In this document: in pieces, positions 1 through 50,417 of the stretch
Position numbering within the stretch: position 1 is the first letter of the stretch
How the letters are laid out: every line of letters starts with the position of its first letter
Assembly (NCBI GenBank): GCA_963805975.1
Contig: CAWDVR010000001.1
Span: 1,088,001 to 1,152,000, forward strand
DNA from: an uncultured Acidobacteriota bacterium
Lineage (GTDB): Bacteria > Acidobacteriota > Thermoanaerobaculia > Multivoradales > SZUA-115
Reading direction: 5' to 3'
Length of the DNA stretch: 64,000 bases
The notes under the pieces: model-generated
The model's input: only the letters and a program-made list of their open reading frames with translations
Told to the model about the DNA's origin: nothing
Database searches by the model: none
Position numbers and translations under genes: made by a program

Positions 1-2
1 TG

Positions 3-320
3 GAGTGCACGAGGGCCTGTCTTGTAGGGGGGATCGAGCAGGGCCCCCTGGAGGACTTCAACGCTGCCGCCAGGGCCCGCTGCATGCAGGACCTCGTGAG
101 CATCGTCAAGTGTTTGGTGATCTGGGCACGCTCCGAGCCGGGAATGGAAGTGTGTGAGAACGCCTCGGGAGCGGTCGAAGAACTATGCTGGGGCTGGGTT
201 AATTTCGGCAGGGACCAGACAGCGGGAGGTTCGTGCTCCTCCAGCATGGAGTGCGCTGGCGGCAGCTTTTGCGTCATGGTGAAGGGAGGCCGCTGGACCT
301 GCGGTTCCATGCGCAACTGA
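3..320 (+). CDS. 3' end of a Cys-rich hypothetical protein (partial, enters from the left edge)
   Basis: The frame of ORF 84..320 stays open back to position 3 (ECTRACLVGG...CSSSMECAGGSFC...TCGSMRN*). It converges on the NRPS stop. Confidence 0.4.
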   Translation, partial: ECTRACLVGGIEQGPLEDFNAAARARCMQDLVSIVKCLVIWARSEPGMEVCENASGAVEELCWGWVNFGRDQTAGGSCSSSMECAGGSFCVMVKGGRWTCGSMRN

Positions 321-362
321 TAACGAGGTGCTCGGAGCTCCATCGCAAGCCGATGGAAGGCT

Positions 363-43025
<42,663 letters not shown>

Positions 43026-43040
43026 CCCCTGGCTTCGAGC

Positions 43041-44105
43041 CTACTTCGAGGCCCTGCGGGCCCGCTTGGGCGGGGCTTTCACTTCGGGCTCGAACCAGCC
43101 CACCGAGTCAAGCCAGGCCAGGGTGCCAGTCAACCAGGGTGGATTACCGGTTCCGCCGCCGGTGGCGATCGTCCGCAGCCGCTCCTTGATCACCTTGCCT
43201 GTGCCTTCCGGCGGCATCGTGCTGTCCTCGAGGTCGAAATCGAGCAACTCGCCGCCAAGCTTCATCGGCGGGTTCAGCCGCATGAAGTTCTCGCCGAGGA
43301 TCGACTTGCATTGGAAGTCGACCGCCATCATTCCGGACTCGAAGAAGGCTTCCACCAGGGCGAACGGCCGGCGCAGATCGAGCAACCACTGTTTCCATCC
43401 CCAGGGTGCGTTCTCCACGTTGAGACCTGAGCCCGTGAGGCCTGTGCCGACGGAGAGCAGCCGGATCTCGGTCGGTCTCATCGGCTCTCCCTTGCCTCCA
43501 AGCGGGGTGCTCAATGCCTGGGCGAGCGCGCACATGCTCGGGTTGTTGGCGTAGAGCCCGCCGTCGACGAAGCCCTGGTAGATCGGGAAGAAAATCGGTC
43601 CGGCGCTCGTCCGCAAGGCGACGTCGAGGGCCGACTGGCCGAGGTCGGGCTCCCCCTTGCCGCCGAAGTTGTTGAACACTTTCGGCTTCCAGGTCGGCAC
43701 GCCACCCTTCGCCTCGCCCATCAGATCGAAGGTCGGGATCACTACGTACTGCCCTTGCGCAGCCAGGCTGCCGAGGGTGTTCGTGCCCAGCAGGGGAGTG
43801 AGGCTGTCCTTCAGGTAAGCATTGCTGCTGATCGAGAACCAGCCGCTGATCGTCGCGAAGAGCGAGCGCAGGGGCCTTCCGGCGCTCGGGCTCTGCGACC
43901 ACAACGAGATCGACTGCTGCAGGCCGGACGCCCGGTCGGCTGCCGTCATCATAAGCAACGCGTTGATCCCGCCGGCGGAGGTGCCGGCAAAGGCGTCCAC
44001 TTGGGCTAGGAACTCGGGCCTCTTGCGCTGGATCTGCTCGATCGCGTAGAGGGAAAAGAGTGAAAGGATTCCTCCGCCGTCCATTGCCAGGATGTTGAAG
44101 GCCAT
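43041..44105 (-). CDS. Patatin-like phospholipase/acyl hydrolase
   Basis: DGGG oxyanion loop, GTSAG nucleophile motif, SAGPxxFP, DGGLYANNP catalytic Asp; RBS AAGGGAG. Confidence 0.93.
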   Translation of the reverse strand: MAFNILAMDGGGILSLFSLYAIEQIQRKRPEFLAQVDAFAGTSAGGINALLMMTAADRASGLQQSISLWSQSPSAGRPLRSLFATISGWFSISSNAYLKDSLTPLLGTNTLGSLAAQGQYVVIPTFDLMGEAKGGVPTWKPKVFNNFGGKGEPDLGQSALDVALRTSAGPIFFPIYQGFVDGGLYANNPSMCALAQALSTPLGGKGEPMRPTEIRLLSVGTGLTGSGLNVENAPWGWKQWLLDLRRPFALVEAFFESGMMAVDFQCKSILGENFMRLNPPMKLGGELLDFDLEDSTMPPEGTGKVIKERLRTIATGGGTGNPPWLTGTLAWLDSVGWFEPEVKAPPKRARRASK

Positions 44106-44220
44106 GGTCTGGTTCTCCCTTTCTGCCGGTGAAAAACCTTCGCCGTGAACACAATTTCCCTGACCGAGCCTGCGAAGGGGCTCGTAAGCTCGAGCTCACA
44201 CGGTCCCTTGCACAAGCTTC

Positions 44221-44463
44221 CTACTCGACCTTGACCTTCTTTGAAGCCGGCTGCGGCTTCGCCTCCGCCGCCAGGTTGTCGATCGCGGCCTGGACGACCG
44301 AGGTATAGCCCTGGAGGATCGTGAGCCCCGCCTGCAGATAGGCGGCACGCAAGGTCTTGCTGGCGCTCGTTAAATCCGCGGTCTGCGGGGCGAGCTTGGA
44401 GAGCTCGGCGATCTGCTGCATCACGGTGCCAAGAATGTCGCTCGGACCACCCACCTGGCTCAT
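44221..44463 (-). CDS. 80-aa predicted amphipathic helical protein ending KKVKVE
   Basis: Strong RBS (GAGGAGGAG), 12 nt after the ATPase stop, plausible codon usage. Confidence 0.85.
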   Translation of the reverse strand: MSQVGGPSDILGTVMQQIAELSKLAPQTADLTSASKTLRAAYLQAGLTILQGYTSVVQAAIDNLAAEAKPQPASKKVKVE

Positions 44464-44475
44464 GGTGCTCCTCCT

Positions 44476-45651
44476 CTACTTGAAGTCGATGCTCAGCTCG
44501 TTGCCTTCCATCCGGGCCTGCGTCGTCTTGAATTGGGCCAGGGAGCGCGGCAGGGCAACGTGGCGCTTGAAGCTGGAGATACGGACAATCAGCTCGTGCT
44601 CGTTACGCGTTAGGACAATCTCGTCCTTTTCGACGAAAGGCAGGACCATTTTCAGCCGGTAGATGCCATCCGCCTTTTCGAAACTGAACGGCGGAGCGTC
44701 GACCTGCCGTGCCGCCGGATCCTGGTCGCCGAACAGGACTCGTCCGACCTCGGCCAAGCGATCGATGCCCACCACCTCGTCGCCGAACAGAGGCACCCTG
44801 GAGACCGGGATCGGGTCGAAGTACTTCTCGATCTGAGCGGCGTAGTTCGCGTGGGTGCCCACCCAGCCCGCGAGGTATCCCTCGGCCGAGCTGATCAAGC
44901 GATTGATGATCACGCCGTCCGTATTCATACCGTACATGCAGAAGTACGTGTAGGCTCTCTGTGTCTCACGGACAACCATCTTCTCGGCGTTGGTCACCAG
45001 GCGCACCGAGGTGACCTCCGGGTCCTTCAGCAGCTCGTCGATCCCTTCGAGCCGCCCGAAGGCGTTCTTCAGCGAGTCGAAGTAGCTGTCCTGTGGCAAG
45101 GGATAGTCGATGAGCTTGCTGGCGATCGGACGCGCCACCTTCAGAATCGCGCGATCCGTCTTGAATCGCTTGCGAACATACCAGTCAATCGATGTCATCA
45201 GATTGACGAAGCGCAACGATTCGCTAGTCGGTGGACAATCGACGACGATCAAGTCGTAAGTATCTTCGCGGTAATGCTGATTGATCGCCATCAACGCGAT
45301 CAGATCCTCCATACCGGGCATGATGGCCACTTCCTCGGCTACGATGCCACTCATCCCCATGGAGGAGAAAAAAGCCCCGATGTAGTGATAGAGGTCTCCC
45401 CATTGCCGCTCGATCTGCTCTTGAACGTCGACCTCCTGAAGGTCGAGGTTTTCCGCCATGCGCAACGGAAGGCCCCCATGCTGATCGAACAGGCTGCAAT
45501 CGAGGTTGAAGGAATCCGAGAGACTGTGAGCGAGATCGAAAGAAAGGACGAGGGTTCGATGGCCCCTTCGGGCCGCAGCAACGGCTGTCGCCGCAGCGAT
45601 CGTGGTCTTGCCGACACCCCCCTTGCCGGAGACGAGGATCACGCGCTTCAC
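44476..45651 (-). CDS. ArsA/Get3-family ATPase with a C-terminal HSP20/alpha-crystallin-like domain (Get3d type)
   Basis: Deviant Walker A GKGGVGKTT, switch I DLAHSLSD, switch II DCPPT, INR motif. Single ATPase domain. C-terminal LPFVEKDEIVL...ELIVRI...KRHVALP beta-sandwich. GTG start. Confidence 0.93.
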   Translation of the reverse strand: MKRVILVSGKGGVGKTTIAAATAVAAARRGHRTLVLSFDLAHSLSDSFNLDCSLFDQHGGLPLRMAENLDLQEVDVQEQIERQWGDLYHYIGAFFSSMGMSGIVAEEVAIMPGMEDLIALMAINQHYREDTYDLIVVDCPPTSESLRFVNLMTSIDWYVRKRFKTDRAILKVARPIASKLIDYPLPQDSYFDSLKNAFGRLEGIDELLKDPEVTSVRLVTNAEKMVVRETQRAYTYFCMYGMNTDGVIINRLISSAEGYLAGWVGTHANYAAQIEKYFDPIPVSRVPLFGDEVVGIDRLAEVGRVLFGDQDPAARQVDAPPFSFEKADGIYRLKMVLPFVEKDEIVLTRNEHELIVRISSFKRHVALPRSLAQFKTTQARMEGNELSIDFK

Positions 45652-45756
45652 GACAACTCGCTCTGCATAGCTTTACCTCGTGCGCAAAGATCTCTAGAGG
45701 GCCAGCAAGATACGCCTCAGCCGAAGCTTCCACGGATTGCAACTTGCTCGACTGCG

Positions 45757-45786
45757 AGTATAGAGGGATGTCGTCAGCGTGCGCAA
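45757..45786 (-). promoter_or_regulatory. Candidate sigma70 promoter for the ATPase-small protein-patatin-NRPS unit
   Basis: Minus strand TTGCGC-N18-TATACT. Confidence 0.4.
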
Positions 45787-45833
45787 GAGTAAATCTACCT
45801 CTCAAGCCTTGTGCAGACACTGCTTACGACTTC

Positions 45834-45862
45834 TGGACATCGCTCTCGGAGACGTGTACAAT
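45834..45862 (+). promoter_or_regulatory. Candidate sigma70 promoter for the NTF2-radical SAM unit
   Basis: TGGACA-N17-TACAAT. Confidence 0.55.
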
Positions 45863-46047
45863 TCTTGCCTGCGTATTTCGGCAAGACGTAGTAATGCACA
45901 GAGGCGTCGATGCCATACAACCGTCGGCCCTGACGGCGCTACTCTACGCCGCTCGCATAGCCTTCTCGCGGCATCGCCAAGTGCGCAGGGATGCATAAGA
46001 GGTGGGATCGATCCAATCTGTGCCAAATTAGCAACGGAGGCGAGGCC

Positions 46048-46455
46048 ATGTCGCTGGAAGACCAACTCAAGGCGAAAGAAGAGGAATACTGGAAGTTGTG
46101 GGCGGATCTCGATCAGGCAGCGTTTCTCGACCTCTTCAGTGATCGCGTCCTCGCCTGGCCCAGCGGGTTGCCTTATCCGATGGGTAAAGATTGGTTCAAG
46201 CTTTGGACCAAGACGACCTTCGAGAACATCGAGCCCGGCACATTCAACTTCAAGCTCGGGCAGATGTACGTGCAGATGATCGATGACACGAGCGGGATCA
46301 TTTACTACGCATGGTCCTATGATGCCACCCTCAAAATGCCACCTGGCCCTCGTCATGCTTCCGGAACGCTCTCTCACACCTGGGTTCTGGAAGAAGACTG
46401 GGCGATCATTGGCGGGACCAGTCAGGCCAATCCGACTGTAACGAGCGCCCTGTGA
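46048..46455 (+). CDS. NTF2/SnoaL-like (DUF4440-type) protein, 135 aa
   Basis: RBS GGAGG before ATG 46048; pattern of N-terminal helix, D..A...LFSD, beta-rich C-half and ..TWV....W.I. Confidence 0.75.
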   Translation: MSLEDQLKAKEEEYWKLWADLDQAAFLDLFSDRVLAWPSGLPYPMGKDWFKLWTKTTFENIEPGTFNFKLGQMYVQMIDDTSGIIYYAWSYDATLKMPPGPRHASGTLSHTWVLEEDWAIIGGTSQANPTVTSAL

Positions 46456-46523
46456 GTTTGGAGGCGAAATCTCATCAGTGCTATTTCTTGCGCTGACCGC
46501 CGAATTTGACGGAGGAGATCGAC

Positions 46524-48440
46524 ATGTACAGGATCACTCTGATCAACATGCCCTTCTCGAACCTGAGTCTGCCGAGCCTGGCTCTGACTCAGCTCAAGGC
46601 GGTCTTAGAGCGCGATCTCGATGACCAAATACGGGTGCGTATTCTTTATCTGAATCACGATTTCTCGCACTATCTCGGGCTCGATCTCTATTTCCGTATC
46701 ACGCATGCCGTCGAGTCGAACAACTCCGGGCTCGGTGACTGGTTGTTTCGTCAGGTCGCCTTTCCTCTCGCGAGCGACAACATCCAGCAATACTTCCAGC
46801 GTTACTATCCCCAGCAAGAAGGTGGTCTCGACGTTCTCAAGGGAAAGATCCTAGCCAAGCGGGTGCGTCTCGGACAGTTTCTCGATCGGCTGATCGGCAA
46901 CTATCAGCTGGATCAGGAGGATCTAGTCGGTTTTACTTCAATGTTCGCCCAGAACGTCGCAAGCTTGGCTATGGCGCGGAAGATCAAGGACCGGAATCCA
47001 CGATGCGTCACCGTTATGGGTGGCGCCAATTGCGAAGCACCGATGGGAGCCGAGCTCGCGGCTCACGTCGAAGCGATGGACTTCATCTTCTCCGGACCCG
47101 CGCTGGTGAGTTTTCCGCAATTCGTCCGTTATCAGATCCGTGGCGAAGTCGAGGCTTGTCGAACTCTGCAGGGTGTTTTTTGTGGCGCGAACCTCGGCTC
47201 CAAACACCTCGAGGGATCTGGGGCTATCGGGGCCGAGCTGCCGATGAACATCCCGGTGCCGCTCGACTATGACGAGTTTCTGGCGCTGTTTGAGAAGAAC
47301 TTTCCTGGTGGCGACCTTCGACCCTGTCTCACCTTCGAGACCTCGCGAGGTTGCTGGTGGGGAGAGCGTTCGCATTGTACGTTCTGTGGTCTCAACGGTG
47401 GCACGATGGCTTTCCGCCGGATGCCCGCCGACGACGCAGTGGAGCTGCTGAATGGGCTCTTCTTACGTTACGGAGATCGCTGTCCTCGCTACGAAGCAGT
47501 GGACAACATCATGCCGATCGATTACATCAAGGACGTTTTTCCTCGCCTGAAGCCACCCCCGGAAGCCACGATCTTTTACGAGATCAAAGCCAACATGAAA
47601 GAGGAAGAGCTGGAGATCCTGAAGCGGGGTGGAGTCAACGAGGTCCAGCCCGGCATCGAGTCTCTTTCGACTTCCACCTTGAAGCTTATGCGGAAGGGCA
47701 CCACGAGCTTCCAGAACATTCGTTTCCTGAAAGGTTGCCTATCCGCCAACGTACGGCCGATCTGGAATCTTTTGATCGGTTTTCCCGGGGAGGAAGCTGG
47801 TGTATACGAGAAGTATCTAGCGGACCTTCCGCTACTCTTTCATCTGATGCCGCCGACCGGTGCCTTTCCCGTTCGTTTCGATCGCTATAGCCCATACTTC
47901 ACCCACTCGGATAGCTTCCGGCTAAAGCTCTCACCCTATGATTTCTACGAGATGGTTTACCCCTTCGGAACCGACTCGCTCTACAACCTTGCCTATTACT
48001 TCGAAGACCGGAACTACAACGCGAGATATATTGATAACCTGATCCTGTGGAAAGAGAAGCTCAACACGGTTGTCGATCAATGGCGTGCGCTGTGGAAGTC
48101 CGACAGCGTGCTTCCGAAGCCCGAGCTGTATCTCAAGCTGGCCGCTGACTCGTGCCCTGCCGTGGTCTTCGATTCACGAAACGGCCAGAGTGGAACGGAG
48201 CACGAGATCAGCGATCTAGGCCTCCGAGTCCTCGATCTGCTTCACGTCCGAGGGATGAGGCTGACGGATCTCGAGAGGTCCGTCGATGCGACTCCGGATG
48301 ACCTTGCGGGGGAGATCGACGGACTGCGTCGATCGGGGATCCTTTTCGAGGAGGATGGTCGCTGGATGAGCCTGGTTATCGACCGTGCGTCGCAGCTCGG
48401 ACGGATGGAGAGCTATCAGTCGCTGCCGACTCTGGTTTGA
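46524..48440 (+). CDS. Cobalamin-dependent (class B) radical SAM C-methyltransferase, RiPP-maturation type (TIGR03975-like)
   Basis: N-terminal B12-binding region (MPF...PSLAL..LK, GFTSMFAQN, MGGANC), ETSRGCWWGERSHCTFC (Cx7Cx2C), VQPGIESL, FDRYSPY, C-terminal winged-helix/RRE-like segment; RBS GGAGGAG. Confidence 0.92.
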   Translation: MYRITLINMPFSNLSLPSLALTQLKAVLERDLDDQIRVRILYLNHDFSHYLGLDLYFRITHAVESNNSGLGDWLFRQVAFPLASDNIQQYFQRYYPQQEGGLDVLKGKILAKRVRLGQFLDRLIGNYQLDQEDLVGFTSMFAQNVASLAMARKIKDRNPRCVTVMGGANCEAPMGAELAAHVEAMDFIFSGPALVSFPQFVRYQIRGEVEACRTLQGVFCGANLGSKHLEGSGAIGAELPMNIPVPLDYDEFLALFEKNFPGGDLRPCLTFETSRGCWWGERSHCTFCGLNGGTMAFRRMPADDAVELLNGLFLRYGDRCPRYEAVDNIMPIDYIKDVFPRLKPPPEATIFYEIKANMKEEELEILKRGGVNEVQPGIESLSTSTLKLMRKGTTSFQNIRFLKGCLSANVRPIWNLLIGFPGEEAGVYEKYLADLPLLFHLMPPTGAFPVRFDRYSPYFTHSDSFRLKLSPYDFYEMVYPFGTDSLYNLAYYFEDRNYNARYIDNLILWKEKLNTVVDQWRALWKSDSVLPKPELYLKLAADSCPAVVFDSRNGQSGTEHEISDLGLRVLDLLHVRGMRLTDLERSVDATPDDLAGEIDGLRRSGILFEEDGRWMSLVIDRASQLGRMESYQSLPTLV

Positions 48441-48866
48441 GGCTCCGTTCGTCATCGCCGTGCTGCGCTCGGTTCCCCAGGCCCTCGAACCGCTTCACGG
48501 CCCAACTCGCAGCACTCGAGCGAAGCAAAGAGCGCTTGATCGAGGTGTACGTCTTCCAGCAGGTCATCGACGAAGGGACCTTCCGCTCCCACCTCGTAAG
48601 CTGAATGAGGACATAGCTTTAGCCAAGGCTCATGCTGCAGAGATCGAGACCGAGCCGACTGATCTCGAATCGCTCTGGGAGTTTGGTGAGCATGTAGCGA
48701 CTCACGCCGGCAGCCTCTGGCAGGAGGCTCCGCTCGAACAGAAAACTGAGCCTCCAAAGGTTGATTTCCTGACAGGACATTACGTACGGCACGGAGGGAT
48801 TTCAAACAGCGCCAACCAGCCTAATTTTCAACGACTTACGTGGGCCGAAGGACGTAAAAACGGCGA

Positions 48867-48942
48867 TGGTATCCCCAACGGGATTCGAACCCGTGTTATC
48901 GCCTTGAAAGGGCGGTGTCCTAGGCCTCTAGACGATGGGGAC
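48867..48942 (-). tRNA. tRNA-Glu (anticodon TTC)
   Basis: Reverse complement GTCCCCATCGTCTAGAGGCCTAGGACACCGCCCTTTCAAGGCGATAACACGGGTTCGAATCCCGTTGGGGATACCA: acceptor stem, TTC anticodon, GTTCGAAT T-loop, encoded CCA. Confidence 0.97.
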
Positions 48943-49025
48943 GAACCGTACGCTCGCGAGCGCGATCGCGGCGAAAGAGTAGCATACGATCGAGGGGCGC
49001 GGCGGCTGCCCCGAGAGGGGATGGG

Positions 49026-50417
49026 ATGGAGGAGAGGGTCAGCGCGGCGGTCGCACCATCCGCGGAGCGTGCGGGCTTGGCGCGCCGGCTGGGCCTGTTC
49101 GACGCCACCATGATCGTCATGGGCGGCATCGTCGGTTCCGGCATCTTCATGAACCCCTACGTGGTGGCGCGCCAGGTGGGCACGCCGTTCCTGATCCTCT
49201 CCGCGTGGGCCCTCGGCGGGCTGATCGCGCTCACCGGCGCCTTCATCTACGCCGAGCTCGCGGCCCGGCGGCCCAGCGTCGGCGGCCAGTACGCCTACAT
49301 CCGCGAAGCGTTCCACCCGCTGCCGGCGTTCATCTACGCCTGGAGCCTGCTTTTAGTGATCCAGACCGGCGGCATGGCTGCCGTGGCGCTCACTTTCGCG
49401 CGCTATTTTCTCGAGCTGGTGCCGCTGTCGCTCTCCGACTGGGCCGTGGCGGCGCTGGCGCTCGGCGCCTTGACGCTGGTCAACTGCCTCGGGGTCAAGG
49501 CGGGAAGCGCGGCGCAGAACGTGCTCATGGTGGCGAAGATCGTTGCCATCCTGGTGCTGATCGGCGCCGGCCTCTTCGCGGCTCCGGCGAGCCCGGTCGG
49601 CCGCGGAACCGCGAGCCCGCTCCTCGACCGGCCGCTCTCCTTCGACCTCCTGACGGCGATGGGTGCGGCCATGGTGCCGGTGCTCTTTGCCTACGGAGGC
49701 TGGCAGACCTCCTGCTTCGTTGCCGGTGAGATCCGCGAGCCGCGAAAGAACCTGCCTCGCGGCCTGCTCCTGGGCGTCACCGGCGTGGTGGTGCTCTATC
49801 TCCTGGTCAATTTCGTCTGCCTTCGGGTGCTGGGCACGGCCGGCCTGGCGGCGACCACGACCCCGGCCTCGGACGTGATGCACGTGGCCCTGGGTGCAAC
49901 CGGCGGCCGGCTCATCGCCGCCGGCATCGCGATCTCGACGCTCGGGTTCCTGAGCCAGAGCATGCTCACCGGGCCGCGTGTCTACTACGCCATGGCGGCC
50001 GACGGCCTGTTCTTCGAGCAGGTGGCCTGGCTCCACCCGCGCACCCAGGTGCCGGTGGTGGCGATCCTGCTGCAGGGCACGCTGGCACTCCTGATCGCGC
50101 TCTCCGGCCAGTACGAGAGGATCCTCAACTACGTGGTATCGGTGGACTGGATCTTTTTCGGCCTGACCGCGCTCTGTGTCTTCCGGCTGCGCCGACAGGA
50201 CAGGGAGAGCGGCACGCCGCGGGAAGTCCTGCAACGTATTCCCGGCCACCCGCTGACCACCGGGCTCTTCGTGCTGGCGAGCGTGCTGGTGGTGGCCAAC
50301 ACGCTCTATCAGTACCCGGTCGACAGCGCCGTCGGCTTGGCCATCCTCGCCGCGGGAGTGCCGGTCTATGGCTTCTGGCGGTGGAAAGGAGCGAGATGGG
50401 CTCGTCGGACTCTTTGA
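49026..50417 (+). CDS. APC-family amino acid permease
   Basis: GGIVGSGIF, ELAA..P..GG.YAY, FAYGGW, GEIREPRKNLPR; about 12 hydrophobic segments. Confidence 0.93.
   Translation: MEERVSAAVAPSAERAGLARRLGLFDATMIVMGGIVGSGIFMNPYVVARQVGTPFLILSAWALGGLIALTGAFIYAELAARRPSVGGQYAYIREAFHPLPAFIYAWSLLLVIQTGGMAAVALTFARYFLELVPLSLSDWAVAALALGALTLVNCLGVKAGSAAQNVLMVAKIVAILVLIGAGLFAAPASPVGRGTASPLLDRPLSFDLLTAMGAAMVPVLFAYGGWQTSCFVAGEIREPRKNLPRGLLLGVTGVVVLYLLVNFVCLRVLGTAGLAATTTPASDVMHVALGATGGRLIAAGIAISTLGFLSQSMLTGPRVYYAMAADGLFFEQVAWLHPRTQVPVVAILLQGTLALLIALSGQYERILNYVVSVDWIFFGLTALCVFRLRRQDRESGTPREVLQRIPGHPLTTGLFVLASVLVVANTLYQYPVDSAVGLAILAAGVPVYGFWRWKGARWARRTL

Noticed and set aside
43041-44105. CBASS CapV-type anti-phage phospholipase
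   Set aside because: Patatin motifs are shared, but no CD-NTase or other cap genes are present in the window
44160-44220. Structured RNA between the small gene and the patatin
   Set aside because: Only short imperfect stems and no recognisable riboswitch or U-tract
44221-44463. 80-aa protein as a classical RiPP precursor (NHLP/Nif11/lanthipeptide)
   Set aside because: No recognisable leader, GG-cleavage/core layout or Cys; kept only as an alternative rSAM substrate
44476-45651. Arsenite-efflux ATPase arsA / arsenic resistance
   Set aside because: Single ATPase domain with an HSP20 tail, and no arsB/C/D/R neighbours in the window; fits the Get3d type
48452-48805. 117-aa minus ORF between the rSAM and tRNA as an integrase or AAA-ATPase remnant
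   Set aside because: No catalytic or Walker motif discernible; cannot be supported without a search
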